NCBI GenBank assembly: GCA_965261595.1 | Contig: CBDHDG010000006.1 | Coordinates: 224,001-288,000 of the forward strand | DNA from: a bacterium | GTDB taxonomy: Bacteria; UBA8248; JACPRG01; G963555815 | DNA: 64,000 nt | Direction: 5' to 3' | Shown here: in pieces, positions 32,158-43,083 of the stretch | How positions within the stretch are numbered: position 1 is the first letter of the stretch | How the letters are laid out: each line of letters starts with the position of its first letter | Position numbers and translations under genes: made by a program | The notes under the pieces: model-generated | What the model saw: only the letters and a program-made list of their open reading frames with translations | What the model was told of the DNA's origin: nothing | Databases searched by the model: none

Positions 32158-32664
32158 ATGGACGTTCACGAAGCCATCCGAACGCGTTATGCTGTCCGCG
32201 ATTTCCGGCCCGACCCCCTGCCGGAGGAAACCATCGCGAAAATCCTGGAGGCCGGCCGCCTGGCGCCGAGCCAACGCAACCGACAGCAGTGGCGCTTCGT
32301 GGTGGTCCGGGACCGGGAGACCCTGAAGACGATCGGGGAGCTGTCCCCATCGGGCGGCTTCATCGCCGGGGCCCCGATGGCGGTGGCCGTCGTGATGCTG
32401 GGCGCCAAGATGGCCCAGATAGACGCGGCCCGGGCGGTCGAGAACATGATCCTCGCGGGCTGGGCGGAAGGCGCGGGGACCTGCTGGGTGGGCGGGATCG
32501 AGCGGGAGCGGGTGAAGGCGCTCCTGGACATTCCCGAAGACGCGGAGCTGATCACCATCCTGCCTTTCGGGTATCCGGCCAAGCTCAGCCTCCAAGGCAG
32601 AAAGGACCGCAAACCCCTGTCCGAAGTGGCCCACCGGGAGCGGTTCGGAGTCCCGTATCGGTAA
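32158..32664 (+). CDS. Nitroreductase family protein
   Basis: AIRTRYAVRDF, APSQRNRQQWRFVVV, GAGTCW, PFGYP. Confidence 0.9.
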   Translation: MDVHEAIRTRYAVRDFRPDPLPEETIAKILEAGRLAPSQRNRQQWRFVVVRDRETLKTIGELSPSGGFIAGAPMAVAVVMLGAKMAQIDAARAVENMILAGWAEGAGTCWVGGIERERVKALLDIPEDAELITILPFGYPAKLSLQGRKDRKPLSEVAHRERFGVPYR

Positions 32665-32880
32665 ACATCCGGATCGCGGAGAGCAAACCCGATGCGGTGC
32701 GGGGGGGGGAAAGCGAGGCGATCACATGATCCGCACAAACCCTGGAACCGCTCCTTTCCCACGCTCTTTTCATGGTGCAATTCGCGATTATTTGAATGGT
32801 TCTCCGGGTATAAATCCCCCGGCCTTTTCAGCGTGAGAAGTCTTGGACGGGCCGCAGCAATCTACGCAGGAGATTTTCCC

Positions 32881-33531
32881 ATGCCGATGGACAGTTACCT
32901 ATTCGCGAAGATCATGATTCAGCAGGCGGAAGAGTTCGGCCAATACATGGATGAACACATCCTGTCCAACTGGAATCCCGAGATGGATCAGGAACAAAAC
33001 CGGCGGCTCATGGAGACCCAGGCGTGGCGGGAGTTCTACCTGGGCGTCCCCACCGTCGCCCGGCAGATCGACCAGCTCCCCGCCGAAGACGACGACATCA
33101 AGCTCCTTCTGGCGCGCCAGCTGGCCGAGGAGCTTCTCCACTGGAAGGTGTGCGCCGAGCGGGCGGCGGAGCTGGGAGGAAACGCCGACCTGGCGGCCTA
33201 CGAGCCCCTGCCCCAGGACATCCAGATGTACGAGAACACCTTCATGCCGGAATTCTGGCAGATCGCGACATCCCTTCAGATTTTCGGGGAGACCATTCTG
33301 ATCCACACCTTCCGGAAGATGGTCGAGGTGCTCGACGAGCGCTCGGCCGCCGTCGTCCGGGACGAGATGCTCGTCCACGAAGGGACGCACGTCCGCAACG
33401 GCCGGCTGATGGTCGAGCGGCACGCCACGACGGACAAGATGCAGGACGCCATCCGCAAGATCGGCCAGACCAAGTGCGACTCCATCCGGCAGGCCTATCC
33501 GTACGCCCTGCCCGACTTCAAGATCGAGTAA
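32881..33531 (+). CDS. Ferritin-like (diiron four-helix) protein
   Basis: Paired E..H motifs (AEELLHW, HEGTHV) with upstream E (WREF, FGET). Confidence 0.6.
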   Translation: MPMDSYLFAKIMIQQAEEFGQYMDEHILSNWNPEMDQEQNRRLMETQAWREFYLGVPTVARQIDQLPAEDDDIKLLLARQLAEELLHWKVCAERAAELGGNADLAAYEPLPQDIQMYENTFMPEFWQIATSLQIFGETILIHTFRKMVEVLDERSAAVVRDEMLVHEGTHVRNGRLMVERHATTDKMQDAIRKIGQTKCDSIRQAYPYALPDFKIE

Positions 33532-33577
33532 CGCCCGAACCCGTAAGGCCCAGCCCAACCCCGCCCGGGCTGGCGCG

Positions 33578-33619
33578 GCCCGGCCCGGCGGCCCGCCGTC
33601 AGGCCGGGCTTCTTTTTTT
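33578..33619 (+). terminator. Rho-independent terminator
   Basis: GCCCGGCC...GGCCGGGC stem followed by TTCTTTTTTT. Confidence 0.65.
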
Positions 33620-33638
33620 CGCCTCCGGAGAGAGTCCC

Positions 33639-34541
33639 TTGCCGTCCGCGTTTCCGTCGGCATACGTGCACCATCCCGATTATTACTCCGACGTGGGCGA
33701 GCACGTCCTCCAGACCCGCAAATACCGCGAGACGTTCGAGCGCTTCCGGGCGGAGATAACAATCCCCGATGCATGCTTCTTCGAGCCCCGGCCGGCCACG
33801 GTCGAGGATGTTCTTCTCGTCCACACGCGGGAATACGTGGACGACCTGCTCGGCCACCGCCACACGCACCGCACCCTGGCTTCCGAGCTCCCCATTACGA
33901 AGGAGGTCATCGACTCCTACTTCCTCGCCACCGGGGGGACGGTCCTGGCCTGCCGGTTGGCGCTCGAGCACGGCCGGGCGCTCAACCTGACGGGGGGCTT
34001 CCATCACTGCTTCGCCGCGAAGGCCGAGGGGTTCTGCTACCTGCACGACTTCGCCGTCGGGATCCGGCGCCTGGAGAGCGAGGGGAAGGTCCGCCGGACG
34101 GCGGTCATCGACTGCGACCTCCACCAGGGCAACGGCACGGCGGCGATCTTCGCCGATGACCCGGACGTCTACACCTTCTCCATCCATCAGGAAAACCTCT
34201 ACCCGCAAAAGCAGCGGAGCGACCTGGACATCGGCCTCGGCGACTTCGACGGGGACGACATCTACATGGACCACATCCGCCGCGCCGTTCCGCAAATCCT
34301 GGACGGGCGCCGGCCGGATCTGGTGGTCTACGAAGCCGGAGCGGACCCCTTCGAGGGCGACCAGCTCGGGACCCTCCGAATCTCGAAGGAATGCCTACAC
34401 GAGCGAGACCGGTTCGTCGTCCGGGAATGCGCGGAGCGGGGCGTCCCCATCGCGGGCGTCCTGGGCGGGGGATACGCGGCCGACCCGGAGGACACGGTGG
34501 AGATTCATGTCAATACGTGCAAGGCGTTCTGGACGGCGTAG
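33639..34541 (+). CDS. Histone deacetylase-family amidohydrolase
   Basis: GGFHHC, GFC, DCDLHQGNGT, SIH, AGADP..GD.LG, GGGY. TTG start assumed. Confidence 0.9.
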   Translation: MPSAFPSAYVHHPDYYSDVGEHVLQTRKYRETFERFRAEITIPDACFFEPRPATVEDVLLVHTREYVDDLLGHRHTHRTLASELPITKEVIDSYFLATGGTVLACRLALEHGRALNLTGGFHHCFAAKAEGFCYLHDFAVGIRRLESEGKVRRTAVIDCDLHQGNGTAAIFADDPDVYTFSIHQENLYPQKQRSDLDIGLGDFDGDDIYMDHIRRAVPQILDGRRPDLVVYEAGADPFEGDQLGTLRISKECLHERDRFVVRECAERGVPIAGVLGGGYAADPEDTVEIHVNTCKAFWTA

Positions 34542-34646
34542 GCGGCGGACCCGCCCGTCGGCGCACGTCGAGTCGCCCTCATCGGCCGGGCTCTATAGAA
34601 ACTCTCCCGTTGATATTCCACCCACCCAATCGCTTCCCGCTCACCA

Positions 34647-34703
34647 TGTCATTCCGACAGAGGAGCCGATCAGGCTCCGACGAGGAATCCCGCCTCGGGA
34701 TTC
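34647..34703. repeat. REP-like palindrome (TGTCATTCC...GGAATCCCG...CGGGATTC)
   Basis: Same GTCATTCC/GGAATCC signature as the repeats at 941-1062. Confidence 0.45.
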
Positions 34704-35026
34704 GACGCGTGGCCGATCATTATTCTCGATTCTCCTGATCCAGGAATAACACCCTATTTCTCCGACCTTTCAAAATACAATCTCATTGATTTCATTGCTT
34801 TTCCGTCTTTGGCTTTGAATCGTACTTTTATGTTGTTGCAACGCCCCAGGGCGGGAAAAGGGGTCTCCAGCCTCGATCTTCTTCAGCATTATCTTCATGG
34901 AACCCCTCCCCTTCTTGTGAATCGAGTTTTTGTTGTTGAATAATAACGAAATTAAAACGAAATCAATGGGGAATTGGATTTTCTCTCGAATCGCATCAGG
35001 GACCATCACGGCCAACGGGGTCCGGG

Positions 35027-35103
35027 ACGGGCAGGATGCCCATCCTACCACGAGTTGGGCGACCACTATTCCCTATACGGGTGGGCCGGGCATCCTGCCC
35101 GGC
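35027..35103. repeat. Pair of GTAG/GTGG-type REP elements
   Basis: ACGGGCAGGATGCCCATCCTAC (reverse GTAGGATGGGCATCCTGCCCGT) and GTGGGCCGGGCATCCTGCCCGGC. Confidence 0.6.
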
Positions 35104-35271
35104 AGTTTTCTCCGAATGCGCGTTGCAAACCTTGGAGGGAAACCCTGCCGACCCACTCACGCTTCTTTCGCGCCGCGGCGCTCAAATTCGGGCTTGCGCG
35201 GCCCGGCGCTCTCTGGCATTTTGGTCTTCATGCCGTCCGGAATCTACGCTGGCGAGGGCCATCTGAAAGGC

Positions 35272-35533
35272 AGTACCGGGTGACAAGTGACAAGGGAGCC
35301 GATGGCCCGGAAGCTTATTGACGTGGTGGAGACGGGGGATCAGTCTGTGCCGATCTCCCCTGAGTGTGCGGGTAGTGCAGGGTTTTCAAGGGATTGCGGC
35401 TTTAAGATGACCATAGCCCCTCGATTGAGCAGAGAGTTCTGCTAAGAGACCCTGAAGCTGTGGTAAAATGGGGTACTTTCACGTCACATGAGGACCGCAG
35501 GATGGCTAAAAGTGGTCATCTAGGAAATCCCGG
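35272..35533 (+). mobile_element. Orphan right end of an IS1380-B-like element
   Basis: Closely matches 10700-10871 joined to 12280-12358. Ends ATCTAGGAAATCCCGG. Confidence 0.85.
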
Positions 35534-35547
35534 TGTATGGGTTCAAC

Positions 35548-36951
35548 TGGACCGCCCCTGGGTTATTGGACACTCGGGTGAGGGTATTCGACCTCATGCG
35601 GCCTCCGCAACTTGAGCGAGTTTTTCCTGCCTTGCCTGGGCCGGCGTTCGGTAGCCGTAGCCCTCGAGAATCCAATGATGGTTGTACAGGTTCTTGAACT
35701 CAAGCAGCGCCCACCGCAGTTCCTCTACGGTGGCGAAAGAGCGCACCCACAGGAGATTCTCCTTCAAGATGCGGATAAACCACTCACAGTAGCCATTTCC
35801 CTCGGGCGCCCGCACGAAGCTGGGCGAACTGGTCATGCCCAGGTAGGCGATCTCCCGCTGAAAGTCATCGGACAGATAGGCGGGGCCGTGGTCGTGACGA
35901 ACTTTAAGCCCCTCGGCGACGTCCGCCTCCAAGCCGGCGAAGCGCTCGGCGACCCCCTGCCGGATCGGCTCCAGGGCCTCGAAGCGGTTGCCGCTCTTGG
36001 CCGCATGGATCCCCACGCAGTCCACCGAGCAGTGATCCACCGCCACGAACACCGAGGCCATCCCCTCCTCGGTGGTCACCGTCGTCGTCATGTGCGTGCC
36101 CCACATTCGGTCGGGCCGCTCGGTGCGGATGGTCCCGTTGTGGGCCTTGGGACCTCGGGGTTTGCCCACCCGGTGGGGGGCCTGAAGCCCCGCCTCCCGC
36201 ATCAGGCGACGCACCCGCTCCTTGCTGGTGCGGATGCCCGCGAAGCGCAGCCTCGCCCACACCTTGCGGTAGCCCTCGCCATGGAAGGGAGAGTCCTCCA
36301 GGACCTGCCGGATGTGGCCGAGGAGTTCCGCATCGGTGCACGGGCCCACAGGGCCGCGCTTATTGGGCGTGGGGCGTTCATGAACGAGGACCGCCTCTCG
36401 CCGCCGTTGCGCGTAGACCGTGGAGCGCGCCAAGCCCCAAAGGGCGCACACCCGCTTCAGGCCGTAGGCTCTGCCCGTGGAGGTGAAGCGGGCCTGACTC
36501 ATCGCCTCCACCTCCTGCCGGCTAAAGGGCGGCCGGCCTCCAGGCGGTCGATCTTCTCCCGCAGGACCTCGCCCTCCATCGTGAGTTCGCCCACCTTGGC
36601 CTTGAGCCGGGCGTTCTCCTCGGCCCGCTCATCCGCCGGGCGGGCTTTGAGCGCCGCCTCGCCCCCGCGAAGGAACGCCTCGCGCCAGGCGGAAAGCCGA
36701 GCCGCTGTCGTGCCCAACTCGCGGCAGAGCGTCTCCAGGCTCTCGCCCCGCAAAAGACGCAGGACCGCCTCCCGCTTGCGCTGGCAGGAGAACCGACCCC
36801 GCTCACTGCGATGCCCTGGGGCCTTGGCTCCGTTCGCCCTGCGGGCGCCCTCCGCCAAAGCCCCCTCTTGCTTTTGTTCGTTCATCGCGACACCCCTTTC
36901 TCCATGAATCATGGATCAATCGAGTGTCCAACAAAACCCTAGAGCGGGGGA
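35548..36951 (-). mobile_element. IS3-family element (1404 bp), copy 4
   Basis: Near-identical, inverted. First catalytic Asp changed (WGTHMT). Flanks CAAC / CCGC do not match. Confidence 0.93.
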
Positions 36952-39900
36952 CCGCACTCTCGATTTCCCGAAATTCAATGGCCTTTATGTCTTCCCATTC
37001 TGAGAGCAGCCTGCGGCGGTGCGCTTCATGCGTCGCCATATCGCGCTTGAGGTTTTCCATTCGGTCCTTCAGCGGGCGCAGTTCTTCAATCTGTTTTCGC
37101 AGCTGAATAAACTCCGCGCCATCGATCTTCGATTTCTGGAGTTCTCGCAACAATTTCTCGTAGGTCTCCTCAATTGTCGCGCATTGGGTATTCCATCGGT
37201 TCCTGGTGTCAGCAATCGCGGTATCGGCCTCAGACAACGCTTCGGAAAACTGATCGGCAACTGCCTTGAGACGTACGCTCAGGGTTCCGAGAACTTTTTT
37301 AATTTCCCCCAGAATTTCCGAGTTCGGAAGCCCATCGAGCGCCTTGCCGGACACGAATGCCGCATCGATTGGAATACCCTCAACCAGTTCACCGTGAAGC
37401 GTCCGAAATGGTTCCAGCCGTTCGTCGAGATTCGAAAACAGTTGTTCTTCCTTGATGAGAAGGCTTTTTTCCTTGAGCCGTTCTTCCAGACCGGTTTGCC
37501 GAAAGCGCCTCTCGGTTTCTTCCAGACTGGGCAGGGCCGCGAGCCGATCTTCAAGCGTTTTCATCTCGCGCAGCACGTCCACGATTCTGCTTCGCGACCT
37601 CTCTAGCTCCAAACGGAGTTCCGCCTTGCGCCCGGACATTGACGGATCGCGGTCCATGAACCGCTCTAGCAGCAAGGTGAGTTTCTCGCGGCTCTTGGTG
37701 AGTTCGGAGATTTCATGCTGACCAAACACTTCTACGCCGGGTATCACGTCTCGCGGCGATATGGGCAACACCTCGCCGGTTTCGTCCTTGACGACTGGGG
37801 GATTTGGCACCGAGCGTTCGATCGTGTAGCAGCGCTCTGACGGTTTGTGCGACCGCACCATCAGCGAAACTTTTGTTCCTGATCTTAATACGTGGTGGAT
37901 CACCCCTTCGTGCGCCTTCCTCGCATCCTCTCCTATGGGGTCAAGGCCAAGCACATAGCGTATGCTTTCGATCATCGTGGATTTTCCGGTGCCGCGTCCC
38001 CCGACCACCGCGTTGAGATTGCCATTGAAATGAACGGAGGTATCTCGCAAAAAACCTCCTTCCCAGGTCATGGCGAGGAGTTCGGCATGGGGTTCCGGTT
38101 GCGGATCGCTGTACAACCGTATGCGAGACTCCGGATCAAGGAATGCCTGGCGAAACCCTTCGACCGAAACATCCGACATCTTGATTAAGCAGGACGCACC
38201 ATCTTTTTTCAGGTCATCGGGGTCATTTACATCCGACGCATTGATAATCGCCGGTGCGCGGGTTCGCTTGTAATCGGCGTTCTTGTTCTGCAGAATCTGT
38301 TTGATCTGGCAAGTCGTCGATAGAAAGGGGGGAGACAATTCTAATGGTTGTGCAAAGAGACCTTATCTCTGATAACATGATGGGCCATGTCAAACGAGGA
38401 TAAGATTAGGATGCCGAAAGGTTGTATCTGGAAAATTCCGGATGAACTCTATGAGAGGCGTCAATCTCTTCTTCATTTCTCCCTGAGGCCGTTTGGCATC
38501 CATTTTTAGAGGTTTCCACCGGAATTTCCCATATCAACTTGCTTGGGTGGTTTCCGGTCCCCTTTCCCGATGAAAACCAGTTGATCCCCTTCCGATGGGT
38601 TTGTCAAGAGCCTTCCAACCCTCCGCAACAAGGTGCTGACGGCCATCGACTGCCCCAAAAGGCGGACCCTCGCCCTTCGGTCCCCTTTGTTCGCGGTTCA
38701 ACCCGTTAACCAATCACCTCATGCTGCCGGGAACCCTCTGCACAAGGTTAGACCGGCACCGGCCGTAATCGGTTGATTCGGTCCAGGATGATGGCGAACT
38801 CTTCCCTGGACACCGCTACTTCGGCCAATTGAAAGATGATCTGCCGGGCGTGCCGCACAATCCTCCCGCCCATTTTGATGAGCTTGACCTGGAGGCTTCG
38901 GAGCGACCAGTGCTTGAGCCCCCTGGGCAAGGCTAGCCTGCGCAGGAAATTGCCCAGGTTGTACGCCAGGACGAAGAGAAGGAGCCGCACCTGGTTGCAC
39001 ACGAACCGGTGACAGGAAAGGCGTGTCCAGTTCAGGGCGTACTTGCCTTCCTTGATCCATTGCTCGGCTGTGCCTCGCTGGTTGTAGAAGTGCACGACCC
39101 CCTCGGGTCGAGCCGTCAGGTTCGTGACAATGAATCCGACGCGAGGGAAGAGTTCGCCTGAGTGCCATTCCACCTTCGCCACGACCCGCCGGGAACGGTC
39201 CCAGCTTCCAGCCTGATACCGGAAGTCGTAATAGAAGATGATGGGTCTCTTGGGCGGGCGACCGACCGGGCGGGTGAGGAGGAAGTCGATCTCTCGCTGC
39301 ACCACGTCGTTGGCGGGAAGGCGGATGGCGTAAAGGAAGCTGTGCGCTTCCAGGCACTCATAGACCTCCGGGCGCGCAAAGGCGGCATCGGCTCGGAAGT
39401 AACGGCGAACACCCGCCCGCTCATACCGGGCCGCGATGGGCGAAAGCAACTCGCGCCAGCCATCGGCGCTGTGCACGTTGCCGGGGCGCAACATCGCCCC
39501 TTCGCAGTCCCCGAACTGGTTAAAGCAAAAAAGAGGGTGATAACAGGTGCAACGAAAGTGGCCGTTGTAGGCCGTACCTTCCTGCTCCCCATGGACGGGG
39601 CTTTCCGAGCTGTCCATGTCCAGGATGATTCGCTGATGGGGTGAGTGTGCCATGGCCCGGTCCACCCACTCCCGGTTCAGCTCGCTCCGGCCCCTTGAGA
39701 TTCTCCTCCCTGGTGAGAACCTCGGTCTCGAACCGGCTCAGGGTGTTGGCGCCCGCCGCCTGCTTCTCAAGCGCTCGGCGGCCGACCACGGCTTGCATCG
39801 CGGGGTCCTGGGCCAACCGCTCGGCATCGTTGGTGTCTTCATACCCTGCCAAGCGGCTATAGACCGACTGGCGCAATAGCGGCGCCAACTCATGCTGGAT

Positions 39901-40803
39901 GTTCCGGCCATGACGGATCTCTTGCAATTGCACTGGCGCTCTCACCGTCAAACCCAGCGCATCATCCAGCTCCCGGCAGGCCAGCAATCCCGCATCCGAA
40001 GTGATTCTGGTTCCGTGAAACTCAAGCCTCAGCCGACGGTCAAAACGGATCTTCAAAGCCCCCTTCTTCGCTTCACCCATTGGGTCCCCTCGCAAGATGA
40101 TGGCAGGGAGAGGCCAACACCTTGATCTTACACGAGAAAACGGCATTCGGTCCGACAAAACTTATGATCCATATGGGAAATGCGGGTTGATCCCTTGCGG
40201 TGCATCATCAACCGGTCCCGGAAGTGCGCAGGCAATCAGATTCGACGAGGTCCAGACGTTGATCCGTGATTGCCCCTGAAGAGTTTTAAGCAAGCCCCCC
40301 TGGGACGCTACATGTGCGGCAATGCACACGGCACCCCATTCCCTTGATTGCTCCAGAAGGTCGGCGGAGTCCAGACTGCCTGTTGGCGAGGGCTGATCCG
40401 TATCGTGTATGCCGCAACGGCCGAGAAAACTCTCCAGTGCATTGTCCTTTTCGGGATCGAACAGGCACAGGAAATGAACGCCATCCTTCGCTACGGCTTC
40501 GAAACCGCCGAAGGCCCACAAACCCGCGTCGCGAGCAACACCCAGCAAGTTCCGGGAGTGTTGTACGCGATAGTGGTCGGTGACTCCGATCACCTCGATA
40601 TCCCTTTCGAGGCAGACCTCTACCATTGCCTGGTTGTAGTCGGCTTCCGACGTGAAGGTTGTTTGCTTGTTGTACCTACCGAGGTAGTCAAACGGATTGA
40701 CTTGCAGGGCGCAACGATAAAAGCGCGCGCCACTCGAAAGTTCCAGCGCAGTTTGCATGGGCTCTGAGAGGGCGCGCAGAGCATTCGTCGTCGCGATCGT
40801 CAT
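36952..40803 (-). pseudogene. PHP-domain + SMC-like ATPase (TrlF / Ppl-like), interrupted at 38306-40186 and 3'-truncated by IS3 copy 4
   Basis: GARFYRCALQVNP, IGVTDH, GFE...GVHFLCLF, IAAHV (PHP). GGRGTGKST Walker A, FGQHEI Q-loop, coiled coil. Halves join as DDAPQGIKQILQNK. Confidence 0.82.
38519..40186 (-). mobile_element. IS1380-family element A, copy 2
   Basis: Near-identical to 2994-4661, including the same frameshift. Confidence 0.93.
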
Positions 40804-40837
40804 GCACTGCTCTCCGTAAAAATTCTCCAGGGAGTGT

Positions 40838-41008
40838 TCATTTCCGCTCCAACACTTCTTCATTTTCGTTGACGTATCGTTCGACCGCGTCGCGTACAAC
40901 CCACGCCAGCGACACCTTCTTTTTTCTGGCAAGCTGTTTTAATGCCTCGTAGATGTCGGGTGGAAAGCTGATCGATGCGCGGATCGACCGTGCGTCTTCG
41001 GGTTTCAT
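40838..41008 (-). CDS. CopG/ribbon-helix-helix regulator
   Basis: RASISFPPDIYEALKQLARKKKVSLAWVVRDAVERYV. Confidence 0.8.
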   Translation of the reverse strand: MKPEDARSIRASISFPPDIYEALKQLARKKKVSLAWVVRDAVERYVNENEEVLERK

Positions 41009-41061
41009 GCTTTGTTGAGCTCCCTTAGGCCCTTCCATAGCGACGCGTTTCCCTATTCATC

Positions 41062-41088
41062 TTCACCATGGTACACCATAATGGTGAA
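41062..41088. promoter_or_regulatory. Repeated CACCAT/ATGGTG operator-like sites
   Basis: TTCACCAT-GGTACACCATA-ATGGTGAA, ~55 bp upstream of the RHH gene. Confidence 0.5.
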
Positions 41089-41194
41089 TTATGGCAATTC
41101 TTGGAACACCGTGTTCGCTGGCGTTTCCCGCCCGGACCGACCGAGTTCCACTCATATGCTGCCAACGCTAGTTGGCGAACATAGGTTCAAGTAG

Positions 41195-41548
41195 ATTGCC
41201 CCCGTCCGATCCGTTTGGAGCACACGCTGAGGTGGTCCCACTATCTTGGACAGTTAGGCGGCCGAGTTAAGGTGTAATCCATTCGTTGATCATGCCGCCA
41301 GCGTCCTGTTGAACCCGTCTTTCTGTTCTGGTTGAGCCGGCAGAGGGGCAGGCAAGCGGTGGGGCTTGGCCTGCATCTGCGGCGGCAGTCCTTTTTCGTA
41401 GGCCTCGGCTGGGGTGGAGCCAGCCAGGGCGGAATGAGGCCTTTCGGTGTTATAGAAGTCGAGCCACCTGACAATGACCCTTTGGGCGGCGAAGCCGTCG
41501 GTGAGCTCGTGCAGGTAGACGGCCTCGTATTTGAGCGAACGCCAGAGG
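41195..41548 (-). mobile_element. 3' remnant of another IS3-family element
   Basis: Minus strand LWRSLKYEAVYLHEL..GF....WLDFYNTERPHSALAGSTPAEAY. Confidence 0.7.
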
Positions 41549-42784
41549 TGACCAGACCGATTTTTTGTACGACTTATTGGGAGAGAGTTTACATGACAGC
41601 CTGAGGCTCTGAAACCGGTTTTGGGGGAAGGAATGGAGTGCAGACCTCCGGCGCCGGGGGCCTGTAATTCAGCGCCGAGTGCGGTCTCCGGGTGTTATAT
41701 TCCTCCCGCCATTGCTCAATCACAATCTGGGCCTCCTTCAACGAATAGAAGATCTCACCATTTAGGCATTCGTCTCTCAGCTTCCCATTGAAACTCTCAC
41801 AATACCCATTCTCCCAGGGACTACCGGGTTCGATGTATAACGTTCCGGTTCCGACCTTCCCCAGCCACTGACGCAAGTCCCGGGCCAGAAACTCTGGGCC
41901 GTTGTCGGATCGAATATGCTCCGGGACCCCTTGCCACACCATCACGTCCGACAACGTCTCGATCACCTCCGGGCTGCCTATCCTCCGCTCGACTCGGATG
42001 GCCAGGCATTCTCTCGTAACCTCGTCCAGCAGCGTCAGAAGCCGCAGCGTTCTTCCATCGTGCGTTCTGGCGCTGACAAAATCATAGCTCCAGACGTGGT
42101 TCCGATGCTCCGGCCGCAGTCGCACACAGGAACCGCCGTTCAGCCAGAGCCGTCTTCGGGGCCTTTGTTTCTGCGGCACTTTCAAACCTTCCCGCCGCCA
42201 GATTCGCTGCACCCGATCCTTCCCCACCGGCCAGCCCGAGCTCTGCAGCAACGCCGTGATTCGTCGATAACCGTACCGCCCGTACTGCGCCGCCAGAGCC
42301 ACCACCGCTCGTGTCAGCTCATCCTCGTCCAACCGATCCATCGGCCGGTATCGTTGCGTTCCCCTCCATTGCCCTAGCAGCCGGCAGGCGCGCCGTTCCG
42401 ACAGGCCATACTTCCACCGCGCAACGTCGCCGCTAGGGCTCAGAAGTTTCCCTGGGCTACGTCCCGTAGCACTTGCTTGTCCAGCGACAACTCGGCCACC
42501 AGTCGCTTCAACCGCGTATTTTCCTTCTCCAGCTCCTTCAGCCGTTTCGCCTGATCCAGCTTCGGCCCTCCATATTCCTTCCGCCAGCGGTAATAAGTCT
42601 GGGTGTGGATGCCGGCTTCCTTGCAGGCTTCGGGAGCCGGCTTCCCGTTTGCCATCTGCACTTCGATCTGCCGCAGCAAGGTCACAATCTGCTCTGCTTT
42701 GTACTTTCGGACCGGCATGTCCAGCTTCCTCCTTCGTGAGATCCTCTCTCACTTCTGCTGGTACAAAAAACGCCGGGCAGGTCA
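41549..42784 (-). mobile_element. IS3-family (IS407-group-like) element
   Basis: IRs TGACCAGACCGATTTTTTGTAC / GTACAAAAAACGCCGGGCAGGTCA. orfA 42440-42718 with GGGAAAC slip site. orfB WSYDF, IRSDNGPEF, ENGYCESFNGKLRDECLN. Confidence 0.9.
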
Positions 42785-42888
42785 CCTGCTTAGCCTTCCA
42801 TGCTCCTCCCGTGGCCGCATCACCACCCCTGGCAATGAGTTGATCATTACCAAGATGATGCCGACCGCTTGAGACCGCCGGTCAACTC

Positions 42889-43073
42889 CAGGACGCCATA
42901 CCAGAGACGGAATGGACGCTCATCCGACAAGCGGTGCAGCGTGGACAACTCACCGGGAGCACACGATTCATCGAGGAAGTCGCAATCAGAATTGGTATAC
43001 GCATTGACCGACGAGGACAAGGGAGACCCAAGAAACAGCATGCACCTCATGAAAAATAAATCTGTCCCCTTTT
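42889..43073 (+). pseudogene. 3' fragment of a REP-associated tyrosine transposase with adjacent REP-like sequence
   Basis: LIRQAVQRGQLTGSTRFIEEV...RGQGRPKK..* overlapping ATAAATCTGTCCCCTTTT. Confidence 0.6.
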
Positions 43074-43083
43074 CTGTTTCCAT

